DNA from: Thermodesulfobacteriota bacterium
GTDB lineage: Bacteria > Desulfobacterota > Desulfobacteria > Desulfobacterales > C00003060
Assembly: GCA_034189385.1 (NCBI GenBank)
Contig: JAXHVD010000016.1
Span: 1-64,000, forward strand
DNA: 64,000 nucleotides
Reading direction: 5' to 3'
A program made the translations under genes and the position numbers. Shown here piece by piece: positions 10,501-19,039 of the stretch (within the stretch, counting starts at the first letter, position 1; each line of letters begins with the position of its first letter). Under the pieces are notes generated by a model. It worked only from the letters and a program-made list of their open reading frames with translations. It searched no databases and had not been told where the DNA came from.

Positions 10501-13321
10501 TTACTCGATGAAACTCAATGCGTAAAAGATGCCCTGCATCCTCCTCAATCACAATGCCTTGAAGCTGGGAATTTTGGGTGATCGCGGACTCAAACTTGGC
10601 CTCTACTTCAAAATCCGTATTTTCTACATACTGCAGTATCCGAGGCAGGAAGTTTCCATCGGTCCAAACACTGTGACTCTGAGTCGTTGCAGGTATCGTA
10701 AGCTCCACTTGTGTCCCGGTCATGTCTAGTGCCACATCACCCACAGGGTCTACAAAAGTCCATAAAGATGTATTTAGTGTCATGGCCGAAAAATCATCAG
10801 ATTGGATGGTATTGTCTACAGGAACGATAACAACGTCACCGAAACTAGCATCCGTATGATGGGCAACCAGAAGGATTGAGCCATCGGCTAGGCCATCGGC
10901 ATTCACGTCGGTAATCTGCCAGGCTTCTGGCTCAGGGTTGCCGTCTTCCCATAGCTTGAAGCTGTATAGATTCTGATTTCCTGGGAGAGTTTGAACCCGC
11001 GTTTTCCAGAAGTAGGGAACTTCATATTCAACCTCTCTGCCTGCGGGGTCTGATACTCCATTAAGATTGAGCTCGCCACCTCCTCCACTCCAAAAATTGT
11101 ACCACGGTCCACCCCCTATGGGCTCATAGCCCCATCTAGGCTGTGAGCCGTCCCAATCGTAGTGCCCTCTCCATCTCAGGACAATCCCCAGGCCGGGGTT
11201 AACACTTGGCCACAGAAACCCACCAGGATCGATTCCATGAACGGTTATGGAAACGGTGACTTCATAATCATCCCATGCCATGTCACCTATGGCAATTATG
11301 CGGTCATAATCGATCTGTGCCGTTCTAATACTATCAGGCTGAAGCGTCCATAGCCCATCAACGATTTGCGCAACATCTTGGATTGTCGACACCGAAGCCC
11401 AGTTGATGGTGTATGCTTCCGGCCATACATTGCCAGCCGCATAATTGATGACAATACTCTCTTCGCTGATATTGTTTAAAGGATCTGAAGCCTTAATTGT
11501 AATTTCATTGTAGCCATCCAACAAATCAAGGTAATCAATTTCAATATTAAAATCACCCTCATTGGCTAGACGACGGTCATCCGGACCGATAGACAAAAGT
11601 AAATCTGGGCCGTTGTTCAGTGAATAGAAAATAGAGGATAGGCCATCGGAATCCATAACGCTTCCGAGAACATTGACCCATTGCTGTGGAACACCTAACT
11701 GTCCGAAATGCTGAGAGGAACTGTACCAAACGTCTATTTGAGGACCCTCCGATTGGGGGAGCCCGGCCGTGGTAAACGTAAGATCAGTACTGTCAGCCGT
11801 GTTGCCGGAACCGTCCTCAGAACTGATTTGATAATGATACGCTGTGCCGGATTCAAGACCGGTGAGTAACACCTGATGGGAGCTCACTAAAGCCGCATCT
11901 GATTCCGAGCTGCCGTAACTTGTATCCAGGCCATAGTCCACTTGACTGGTTGCCGGCTCATCGGTCGTCCAGGTGATCGTGGCCGTACTCGTATCCACAA
12001 CCACATCCACCCCGCTGATAACCGGTGGCGTCGTGTCGCCAGCAGGGATACTTTCAGTGCTAAACGTAAGATCAGTACTGTCAGCCGTGTTTCCGGAACC
12101 GTCCTCGGAACTGATTTGATAATGATACGTTGTGCCGGATTCAAGACCGGTGAGTAACACCTGATGGGAGCTCACTAAAGCCGCATCTGATTCCGAGCTG
12201 CCGTAACTTGTATCCAGGCCATAGTCCACTTGACTGGTTGCCGGCTCATCGGTCGTCCAGGTGATCGTGGCCGTACTCGTATCCACAACCACATCCACCC
12301 CGCTGATAACCGGTGGCGTCGTGTCGCCAGCAGGGATACTTTCAGTGCTAAACGTAAGATCAGTACTGTCAGCCGTGTTTCCGGAACCGTCCTCAGAACT
12401 GATTTGATAATGATACGCTGTGCCGGATTCAAGACCGGTGAGTAACACCTGATGGGAGTTCACTAAAGCCGCATCTGATTCCGAGCTGCCGTAACTTGTA
12501 TCCAGGCCATAGTCCACTTGACTCGTTGCCGGCTCATCGGTCGTCCAGGTGATCGTGGCCGTACTCGTATCCACAACCACATCCACCCCGCTGATAACCG
12601 GTGGCGTCGTGTCGCCAGCACTGTCGGCATCCTCTGGAATAATAGGGGCGGCTGTATTGAAAAAATAATCAACAACCGCCGTGTGTGGAGTGTCAGCAGA
12701 GTTACCGGCATAGACGCCAATACGGGTAACGGTCATCATCTCAGTGAAAGTAGTTGCCGTAATCCAGGTAGTATCATCATAGGAGTAGAAAACTCTCCAT
12801 AAATTGCCATCCCTACGCACCCGCAGATACATTGGCTGCGTCGCGGTTATGTTCTTCATAACGCGGATCCTATAGCTGCCCCCAAAGATACTCGCCGCAA
12901 AAACCTTGAAATCAGCATTTACTCGATGAAACTCAATGCGCAACACGTTCAAATCATCCTGCTCGATTAGGATACCCTGGCTTTGAAAACCCTGGGAAAT
13001 CAGTGACTCAAACTTGGCCTCGATCTCAAAGTCTGTGTCTTCTACTGATTGCGTGATTCGCGGCAAGGTGTTCACATTGGTCCATACATCATGGATCTCA
13101 CCCGTTGCTGGCACCACAATCTCAGCCTGACTGCCTGTCATGAAAATCGATGCATCATCCAAAGGATTAATGAACGTCCATATTGCTGGATTCAAGGCCG
13201 AACCACTGAAATCATCTGAAATCGGCTGAGCGATGGTGACTGCCGGAAATGTGAGACATAGTACACTCAGCCACAACAGAGAATTAAGCTTAGATATTGA
13301 TCGATTCCAGATCATGAGCAT
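7520..13321 (-). CDS. Large secreted repetitive protein: 4 concanavalin-A-like (DUF1349-like) domains, 8 FN3/purple-acid-phosphatase-N-like repeats and one unique central region
   Basis: N-terminal signal peptide. ~200-aa repeat starting SDDFS (x4) and 96-aa repeat GDTTPP...ATITWTTDEPA..VDYG...LTGLESGT.YHYQI (x8). Domain names are from motif resemblance. Confidence 0.8.
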   Translation of the reverse strand: MLMIWNRSISKLNSLLWLSVLCLTFPAVTIAQPISDDFSGSALNPAIWTFINPLDDASIFMTGSQAEIVVPATGEIHDVWTNVNTLPRITQSVEDTDFEIEAKFESLISQGFQSQGILIEQDDLNVLRIEFHRVNADFKVFAASIFGGSYRIRVMKNITATQPMYLRVRRDGNLWRVFYSYDDTTWITATTFTEMMTVTRIGVYAGNSADTPHTAVVDYFFNTAAPIIPEDADSAGDTTPPVISGVDVVVDTSTATITWTTDEPATSQVDYGLDTSYGSSESDAALVNSHQVLLTGLESGTAYHYQISSEDGSGNTADSTDLTFSTESIPAGDTTPPVISGVDVVVDTSTATITWTTDEPATSQVDYGLDTSYGSSESDAALVSSHQVLLTGLESGTTYHYQISSEDGSGNTADSTDLTFSTESIPAGDTTPPVISGVDVVVDTSTATITWTTDEPATSQVDYGLDTSYGSSESDAALVSSHQVLLTGLESGTAYHYQISSEDGSGNTADSTDLTFTTAGLPQSEGPQIDVWYSSSQHFGQLGVPQQWVNVLGSVMDSDGLSSIFYSLNNGPDLLLSIGPDDRRLANEGDFNIEIDYLDLLDGYNEITIKASDPLNNISEESIVINYAAGNVWPEAYTINWASVSTIQDVAQIVDGLWTLQPDSIRTAQIDYDRIIAIGDMAWDDYEVTVSITVHGIDPGGFLWPSVNPGLGIVLRWRGHYDWDGSQPRWGYEPIGGGPWYNFWSGGGGELNLNGVSDPAGREVEYEVPYFWKTRVQTLPGNQNLYSFKLWEDGNPEPEAWQITDVNADGLADGSILLVAHHTDASFGDVVIVPVDNTIQSDDFSAMTLNTSLWTFVDPVGDVALDMTGTQVELTIPATTQSHSVWTDGNFLPRILQYVENTDFEVEAKFESAITQNSQLQGIVIEEDAGHLLRIEFHRVNGDLKVFAASIFGTSYKIHVMKKITAAQPMYLRVGREGNLWTVSYSYDGSSWSTATTFTQVMTVTAAGVYGGSSNNVPHTAVIDYFFNTASPIIPEDGDSAGDTTPPLISGMDVVADTSTATIRWTTDEPATSQVDYGLDTSYGSSESHAALVSSHQVLLTGLESGTAYHYQISSEDGSGNTASSADLTFSTESIPAGDTTPPVISGVDVVPDTSTATIRWTTDEPATSQVDYGLHTSYGSSESHAALVNSHQVLLTGLESGTTYHYQISSEDGSGNTASSADLTFATESIPAGDTTPPVISGMDVVADTSTATITWTTDEPANSRVDYGLDTSYGSSESDAALVSSHQLLLTGLESGTTYHYQISSEDGSGNTADSTDLAFTTPSVDVEGTVISDDFSAAVLNSELWTFIDPVGDVALDMTGTQVEFTIPATTQSHSVWTNGNFLPRILQYVENTDFEVEAKFESAITQNSQLQGIVIEEDAANLLRIEFHRVNGVFKVFAASIFGTSYKIHVMKGITAAQPIYLRVGREGNLWTVSYSYDGSSWSTATTFTQVMTVTAAGVYGGSSDNVPHTAVIDYFFNTASPIIPEDGDSAGDTTPPVITGMDVVPDTSTATIRWTTDEPATSQVDYGLHTSYGSSESHAALVNSHQVLLTGLESGTTYHYQISSEDGSGNTASSADLTFATESIPAGDTTPPVISGMDVVADTSTATITWTTDEPANSRVDYGLDTSYGSSESDAALVSSHQLLLTGLESGTTYHYQISSEDGSGNTADSTDLAFTTPSVDVEGTVISDDFSAAVLNSELWTFIDPVGDVALDMTGTQVEFTIPATTQSHSVWTNGNFLPRILQYVENTDFEVEAKFESAITQNSQLQGIVIEEDAANLLRIEFHRVNGVFKVFAASIFGTSYKIHVMKGITAAQPIYLRVGREGNLWTVSYSYDGSSWSTATTFTQVMTVTAAGVYGGSSDNVPHTAVIDYFFNTASPIIPEDGDSS
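7526..9879. repeat. Intragenic tandem duplication, 1194-bp period
   Basis: 7526-8685 appears identical by eye to 8720-9879. Identical shadow ORFs occur at 8007 and 9201. Confidence 0.9.
11770..12620. repeat. Three near-identical 288-bp FN3-like coding repeats
   Basis: Shadow ORFs recur with a 288-bp period (11887/12175/12463 and 11942/12230/12518). Confidence 0.9.
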
Positions 13322-13478
13322 CTCCCCGTAAGACCCTTGCTATCGAAATGAGGGGCTGCGTGACAGATATCGCAATAATAAGTGTATTATCAGCTAGTTT
13401 ACCTTGAGAGGCCTAAGATCCCTTACAGTATGAAAAGACCTCTCGAAACAGTTTCTATAAAACTCCAGACATTTCAGC

Positions 13479-13494
13479 AGCAAAAATAGTGCCA
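13479..13494 (-). promoter_or_regulatory. Sigma-54 (-24/-12) promoter for the 1933-aa protein gene
   Basis: Minus strand reads TGGCACTATTTTTGCT, matching TGGCAC-N5-TTGCW, ~160 bp upstream of ATG 13321. Confidence 0.85.
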
Positions 13495-13566
13495 GGTAGT
13501 CGATCTAGGACCGAACCTTTGGATGTCAAGCTGTTACACATTCTCGTTAAAGGCGGAAGCTAACCC

Positions 13567-13655
13567 TATGTAAAAAAATGCTAAAGAACTCTGTAATTTT
13601 TATCCACTTTGTGGAATAAATTTACCCATCTTCTTTCAAGAAATTTACCCATCTT
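13567..13655. promoter_or_regulatory. Phased array of putative enhancer (activator-binding) boxes
   Basis: 17-mers TATGTAAAAAAATGCTA (13567), TCTGTAATTTTTATCCA (13590) and TGGAATAAATTTACCCA (13612), plus direct repeat AAATTTACCCATCTT at 13618 and 13641; spacing 22-23 bp. Confidence 0.6.
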
Positions 13656-13995
13656 GCTTTTAGGGAGTAGGGAGCGTTTAAACCCTGTCACTAAGGTAAA
13701 ACTTGTTAACAGTCCCGCATGATGTATCTGAAATCTCGATTCTGCCAAGGCGATTGGCAGCCTGTCTTTTAAGACGCTGGAGAGCACAGTGGCAACAAGG
13801 AGATAACAGATTGATTACAATTGATATATCATGACATCTCCGCCATCTCATTTTCAGTCTTCCATACCTTCGTAGGCGGAATTGTTGTCCATAAAAGACC
13901 TAATGAAAGAACAGGCTCCCTTGAACAGCCTATTTGAAATGCTGATAGTACCTCACGTGTTTGTTCTCGTCATGAGGTCGTTCAGATAATATTTT

Positions 13996-14011
13996 AGCAA
14001 GGATGATGCCG
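13996..14011 (-). promoter_or_regulatory. Second candidate sigma-54 promoter
   Basis: Minus strand reads CGGCATCATCCTTGCT, with GG and GC correctly spaced. Confidence 0.5.
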
Positions 14012-14314
14012 AATTAGTATGGATAACCGACTACCCACTGATTGAGCGCAAAAAGGGAGTTGATTTCCGGCAACTTGATTTCCACCATCTCAGCCGAGCG
14101 GTTGCGGGGGGGAGGTAAGGGACGACCCATAATGGAGGTCTAAGATTATCATCATGATTCGATCAGGATCTTCCAATGGGTTTCGTGTTCTCACACTGGC
14201 AGGCAATACAGAAAACGATCAACTGCCTACCGAGGCCTCTTGGACTAGTCGACCGCTCTCAAGGCAGAAATTTCTAATGTTCTGCAGTAAGAGGATGCCA
14301 TCTGTCATGGGTAC

Positions 14315-15340
14315 TCAGTTGTGTTGAAGGAAAGTAGCAGGGATAACGTTTGTAGAAGTTCCAGAATCATTTTGTTGTTTTGTTTCATGAAGATACTGGT
14401 ACATCTTTCGAATAATCTCATCCAATACAACTTTTGGCTTATAGTTTATCAAAGATTCCACCTTTCTTAAGTCGGGCAGGCGGACGGGCATATCTTCGAA
14501 ACCTTCTTCATAGGCTTCGTCATAGGGAACAAATACAATCTCGGAACTGCTGCTCAGTGTGCCCTTTATCTTTTTTGCCAAATCAGCAATAGAGATCTCT
14601 TCGGTACTTCCAACGTTGAAGATTTCTCCCTCCGCTTCAGCATGATTCCCAAGCTTGATAATCGCATCAACCACATCGCCGACGTACGTGAAGCATCTTT
14701 TTTGAGAACCATCACCAAACACAGTTATTGGTTCGCCCCTCATGGCCTGTTCAAGAAATCTGGGGACAACCATACCGTATTGCCCAGTTTGTCTCGGTCC
14801 AACCGTGTTGAAGAGCCTTACAATAACGATTGGCAATTTCTTTTCCTTGTAGTACGCCAACGACAGAAACTCGTCTATCCCTTTTGAACAGGAATAGCTC
14901 CATCGACTCTTTGTTGTGGGACCAAGCAACCGATCGTCATTTTCATTAAAAGGGACTTTTTCATTCTTACCATAGATTTCTGAGGAACTTGTGATAAGAA
15001 CCTTTTTCTTGTACCGATTGGCGATTCGAAGAACCATATCAGTGCCCAAGATGCACCTTTCGATAACCTCTACCGGCTTCCTCACAATCAAATCAACACC
15101 TACGGCAGAAGCCAGGTGATAGATAATGTCACATTCACTGACTAGCCTGTCCATGACGACTTCATTCATAATGGTCTCAATACAAAAGTGAAAATTCGGC
15201 AGATGGCGCACGTGAGCAAAATTCTCGGGTCTGCCCGTGGACAGATCATCGATAATGGTCACATCGTTTCCTCTTAACAGTAATGCATCGGCCAAGTGCG
15301 AACCAATGAACCCTGCTCCTCCCGTTATGAGTACCCTCAT
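14315..15340 (-). CDS. NAD-dependent nucleotide-sugar epimerase/dehydratase (extended SDR)
   Basis: GGAGFIG, YxxxK (YSCSK) and RLFNTVGPRQ motifs; GGAGG RBS upstream. Confidence 0.92.
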   Translation of the reverse strand: MRVLITGGAGFIGSHLADALLLRGNDVTIIDDLSTGRPENFAHVRHLPNFHFCIETIMNEVVMDRLVSECDIIYHLASAVGVDLIVRKPVEVIERCILGTDMVLRIANRYKKKVLITSSSEIYGKNEKVPFNENDDRLLGPTTKSRWSYSCSKGIDEFLSLAYYKEKKLPIVIVRLFNTVGPRQTGQYGMVVPRFLEQAMRGEPITVFGDGSQKRCFTYVGDVVDAIIKLGNHAEAEGEIFNVGSTEEISIADLAKKIKGTLSSSSEIVFVPYDEAYEEGFEDMPVRLPDLRKVESLINYKPKVVLDEIIRKMYQYLHETKQQNDSGTSTNVIPATFLQHN

Positions 15341-15367
15341 GAATTGTCCTCCCTACAAAGCAAGAAT

Positions 15368-16756
15368 CTAATTAAGGTGTTCTTCAAAGAAGTTGTGGAT
15401 GGCTTTTCCAACAATGTAATGCCCATGGTTATTAAAATGTATATCTCCTCCCTCCCTGAATGTATCAGGATAAATGGCCTTGTCCGCCTCCGATACATAA
15501 CTCCGTAAGATAGGCATAAGATCTAGGTAGGGGACCTCTTGTCTGAGGCAAAACTCCTCCAAGATCTTTTGTGGTAACCTCAGATCGTATTCAACCCCGT
15601 TGCGATCAGTCCCGGTTAATTGACGGCAATAGATCTGTTCCTCGAAAGGCACTGATACTAAGAGAAGCGCAACCTTGTTCTTTTGGCATAATAGACGAAT
15701 ACGCTCTAGGACACGTAAAGACTTCTCCCTCGCTTCAGACATTAGGGGATTGTATGCCTTCTGACACCAGAAAGTGAAGGACGTGAAAAAGTTGGACACC
15801 TGGAAATCTTCGAAATTGTGGGCAGCCTTGTGAACATTGTCCTTCTCATTCATATCGCTGTAAAAGACTTTGGAAAGACGTTTAAGGTATTTTGTTATTT
15901 GTCGCTCTTCAATAAATCCCATTACTCCAGGCGATTCTCTTCTTTGACCGCTTCCGCCAACTCTCCCGCCAAAAAAGCGCCCACCCCTGTATTCTTCGGG
16001 AATCTTCGAATTCACAACATCCATATTCCAAACGGCCACCCCTGTGGAGACGTCGAACTTATTAAGCCCCAAATATGTGTCTCTAAAATCATTTCCGTTA
16101 AATGATGCAAGAATGATATAGTTCGGTCTAAAAGGCAGAATATCCTCTCGAATCTGCAATTCTATGTCATCAAATCCGTATCCATCCACACCAAAATTCA
16201 ACACTTCATATGCTCTATTATCTATTAGACGATCAAAGACACCTACAAAGCTGTTCTCAACCTTGTCGGCAGATTCACCGAAGGTAAATGAATCGCCAAC
16301 GCAAGCTATCCTTTTCCTATTGGGTAGCCCTTCCAACGCCACTGGTCTCCAGCGCATCCCATGGGAATTTGTATTAATAATGAAATGGCCTTTCTTGTCC
16401 CAGATTTTGTACTCGAAACGGTAGTCCAGATGTGGAATTAAGCGGTAGGATCCAGTCCCATTGGGATTATGTCTAAAGACTTTAAAATCCATCTTAGGCT
16501 GAGATAGGTGCAGTCCTATTTCTAGCACCATGAGGCAAACGAATGAAGTGCCAAAAAGCAATGCCACCTCTGGCCATTTGATCTTGTTTCTGAACAGGAT
16601 GAAAAGACATCCGAGCGTTATGCATGTCACGTCAAAAAGAGCAATTGTCAGTCTTTTCCAGGCATCTATAACTCCGTCATGACTAAATAGGAATGCAAGG
16701 ATCCATTGATTGGCAAAAATGCCGATACTGATAAGTAGAAGGCCTACAGCACGCAA
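15368..16756 (-). CDS. Membrane-anchored SGNH/GDSL hydrolase-family protein
   Basis: Three N-terminal TM helices; GDSF, NFGVDGYG, FNGND and DIHF catalytic blocks. Confidence 0.85.
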   Translation of the reverse strand: MRAVGLLLISIGIFANQWILAFLFSHDGVIDAWKRLTIALFDVTCITLGCLFILFRNKIKWPEVALLFGTSFVCLMVLEIGLHLSQPKMDFKVFRHNPNGTGSYRLIPHLDYRFEYKIWDKKGHFIINTNSHGMRWRPVALEGLPNRKRIACVGDSFTFGESADKVENSFVGVFDRLIDNRAYEVLNFGVDGYGFDDIELQIREDILPFRPNYIILASFNGNDFRDTYLGLNKFDVSTGVAVWNMDVVNSKIPEEYRGGRFFGGRVGGSGQRRESPGVMGFIEERQITKYLKRLSKVFYSDMNEKDNVHKAAHNFEDFQVSNFFTSFTFWCQKAYNPLMSEAREKSLRVLERIRLLCQKNKVALLLVSVPFEEQIYCRQLTGTDRNGVEYDLRLPQKILEEFCLRQEVPYLDLMPILRSYVSEADKAIYPDTFREGGDIHFNNHGHYIVGKAIHNFFEEHLN

Positions 16757-16810
16757 TGTATGACCTCTATAAATACTATAGATAAAGAAATTGGTCTCAC
16801 GTTCTCATAA

Positions 16811-16928
16811 TTGAAGACCCTGCAGCAAGCTGCAGAGAATCTTCGACCGTAAGGAACATGTCTCATTTTGTATACGCTCGCTAACCCCGCAGCAAGCTAC
16901 GGGGAATGCGCTCGCTTAATCGGTTCAA
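16811..16928. mobile_element. Non-autonomous palindromic mini-element (PATE/REP-like, IS200-related)
   Basis: Two imperfect palindromes, CCCTGCAGCAAGCTGCAGAG (16818-16837) and CCCCGCAGCAAGCTACGGGG (16885-16904), bounded by TTGAA...TTCAA; intergenic. Confidence 0.65.
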
Positions 16929-17008
16929 ACTCTCTCATTCCCACAACCCACCAATCATGTGGTTATGGAGATGTGGCGGAGAGATAGCCTCTGTGCAGGC
17001 TGATTCAT

Positions 17009-18871
17009 TCAGTCCAGTTCGAATTCATCCTTCCATTTGTCGTCCTTCATCCAGGGGGATTGTTCTCCTTTATTCAGCAGATAGTTACCCATCACCAGAA
17101 TGTCCATCTCTGTGCGCATAAAACACACATATGCATCACTGGGAGTACACACAATGGGTTCTCCACGCACATTAAAACTCGTGTTGACCAACAATCCGCA
17201 ACCAGTCTTCTTCTTAAAGGCATTGATCAGATTCCAGTACTTTGGGTTGGTTTCTCGACTTACACTTTGAATTCTAGCTGAGTAATCCACGTGGGTGACG
17301 GCCGGGATCTCTGACCTGATGACGTAAAGCCTTTCATGAAGAGGCATTCGGGAATAATTGTCTGGTCTCGGTTTGCATATATCTTTCTGTACGGGAGAGA
17401 CGAGTAGCATGTAAGGAGTAATGTCGGACAAATCAAAATATGTAAGAATGTCTTCTTCTATAACAGATGGGGCAAAAGGTCTAAATCCCTCGCGATACTT
17501 AATTTTGAGGTTCATCTTCTTTTGCATTTCGGGATTTCTGGGATCCCCCAATATACTACGGTTACCCAAGGCTCGCGGTCCGTACTCCATCCTGCCTTGA
17601 AACCAGCCGATCACCTCTCCCTTGGTGAGAGATTCTGCCACATCATCACAAAGACTCTCGAAACTATCGAACTTCCTGTAAATTCCTCCATATTTGTTGA
17701 TTACCCTCTCAATGTCAATTTCAGAAAACTGTGGTCCCAAATAAGCCCCTTTCATTGAATCCTTGGCCGTGTTAATCTTGCGGTCATTTCCGTCCCACAA
17801 ATGCCAAGCAGCGTATGCCGCGCCAAGAGCACCACCTGCGTCACCGGCCGCAGGCTGAATCCATATCTTCTTGAATTTCCCGCTTCTTAGGAGCTTTCCA
17901 TTGGCAACGCAGTTGAGGGCCACGCCCCCGGCCAAAGTGAGACAATCAGCTTCTGTAAGAGATTTGGCAGTGTCAGCCATCTTGAAGACGATACCCTCTG
18001 TTATCCTTTGAATAGCAGAAGCCAAATTCATGTATGGTTGTGTGATATCGGTTTCAGGTTCTCTTCTGACTACTCCAAATAGTTCTTCCCATTTCCGTTC
18101 GTTGCACATTGTAAGACCTGTGGCAAAATCAAAATATTCCATATTTAGAATAATGGAACCGTCATCTCGAATATCCACTAGGTTGTCACCTATAATACGT
18201 ATCCAGTTCTTTGTTTGAGGTGAATCTTCGTCTCCATAGGGTGCCAACCCCATGAGTTTGTATTCACCACTGTTAACCTTAAAGCCACAGAAATATGTGA
18301 AAGCTGAATACAAAAGGCCCACGGAATGGGGAAAATCAAGTTGGCGCATTATCTTAATAGTGTTTCCTTCGCCAAAACCAATGGTAGCCGTGGCCCATTC
18401 ACCAACCCCATCAATGGTTAGGATCGCAGCTTGTTCAAAGGGAGATGGATAGAAAGCGCTTGCAGCATGGGAAAGATGGTGTTCTGGAAATAGGACTTTT
18501 CTTGGTTGTCCCCCACCAATTTCCGAAAGCTCATTCTTAATGGTATCCCGCATGACAAGCTTTTCTTTGATCCAAACAGGTATGGCAGATAGAAAACTCT
18601 TTAAACCTCTCGGGGCGAATGCGTGATAGGTTTCCAATAATCTTTCAAATGTGAGGTAAGGTTTGTCATAAAAGGCGACTGCGTCCAAATCCTCAAGCCC
18701 TAATCCACTCTCCTGCAGAACATATCTTGTTGCATTAGCCGGAAAAGAGGAGTCATGCTTCTTCCTGGTGAAACGCTCTTCATGGGCAGCGGCCACAATG
18801 TCACCATCTCTGATAAGAGCAGCCGCACTGTCATGATAGAATGCCGAAAGGCCAAGAATAGTCCTTGCCAT
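17009..18871 (-). CDS. Carbamoyltransferase (NodU/CmcH/SxtI family)
   Basis: YHDSAAAL, EERFTRKKHD, EHHLSHAASAF, EYKLMGLAPYG, GPRALGNRSIL and NTSFNVRGEPIV motifs; start set at MARTILG. Confidence 0.95.
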   Translation of the reverse strand: MARTILGLSAFYHDSAAALIRDGDIVAAAHEERFTRKKHDSSFPANATRYVLQESGLGLEDLDAVAFYDKPYLTFERLLETYHAFAPRGLKSFLSAIPVWIKEKLVMRDTIKNELSEIGGGQPRKVLFPEHHLSHAASAFYPSPFEQAAILTIDGVGEWATATIGFGEGNTIKIMRQLDFPHSVGLLYSAFTYFCGFKVNSGEYKLMGLAPYGDEDSPQTKNWIRIIGDNLVDIRDDGSIILNMEYFDFATGLTMCNERKWEELFGVVRREPETDITQPYMNLASAIQRITEGIVFKMADTAKSLTEADCLTLAGGVALNCVANGKLLRSGKFKKIWIQPAAGDAGGALGAAYAAWHLWDGNDRKINTAKDSMKGAYLGPQFSEIDIERVINKYGGIYRKFDSFESLCDDVAESLTKGEVIGWFQGRMEYGPRALGNRSILGDPRNPEMQKKMNLKIKYREGFRPFAPSVIEEDILTYFDLSDITPYMLLVSPVQKDICKPRPDNYSRMPLHERLYVIRSEIPAVTHVDYSARIQSVSRETNPKYWNLINAFKKKTGCGLLVNTSFNVRGEPIVCTPSDAYVCFMRTEMDILVMGNYLLNKGEQSPWMKDDKWKDEFELD

Positions 18872-18878
18872 ATCTACC

Positions 18879-19028
18879 CTAGAACAATGTATAAATGAAT
18901 GGTGCAATGGCTGTCCCACTCGTAAACACGATCAAACCTCCGAGAAGGACTAATGTCAAAATTATGGGCAATAACCAGTATTTTTTTCTTTCCTTCAAAA
19001 AGCCAAACATATCTCCAAGAAAACTCAT
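18879..19028 (-). CDS. Small membrane protein, DUF5989/SxtK-like (49 aa)
   Basis: Not in the ORF track. Reads MSFLGDMFGFLKERKKYWLLPIILTLVLLGGLIVFTSGTAIAPFIYTLF*, with RBS GAGGAGG; RKK.WL.P and APFIYTLF are characteristic. Confidence 0.9.
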   Translation of the reverse strand: MSFLGDMFGFLKERKKYWLLPIILTLVLLGGLIVFTSGTAIAPFIYTLF

Positions 19029-19039
19029 GGGTGCCTCCT

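Noticed and set aside
8007..12802. Recurrent short ORFs on the + strand and in alternative - frames
   Set aside because: They are shadows of the internal repeats of the 1933-aa gene.
7520..13321. Repeats considered as a CRISPR array or DGR template/variable repeats
   Set aside because: Units are 288-1194 bp in-frame coding repeats without spacers, differences are not adenine-specific, and there is no cas or reverse transcriptase gene in the window.
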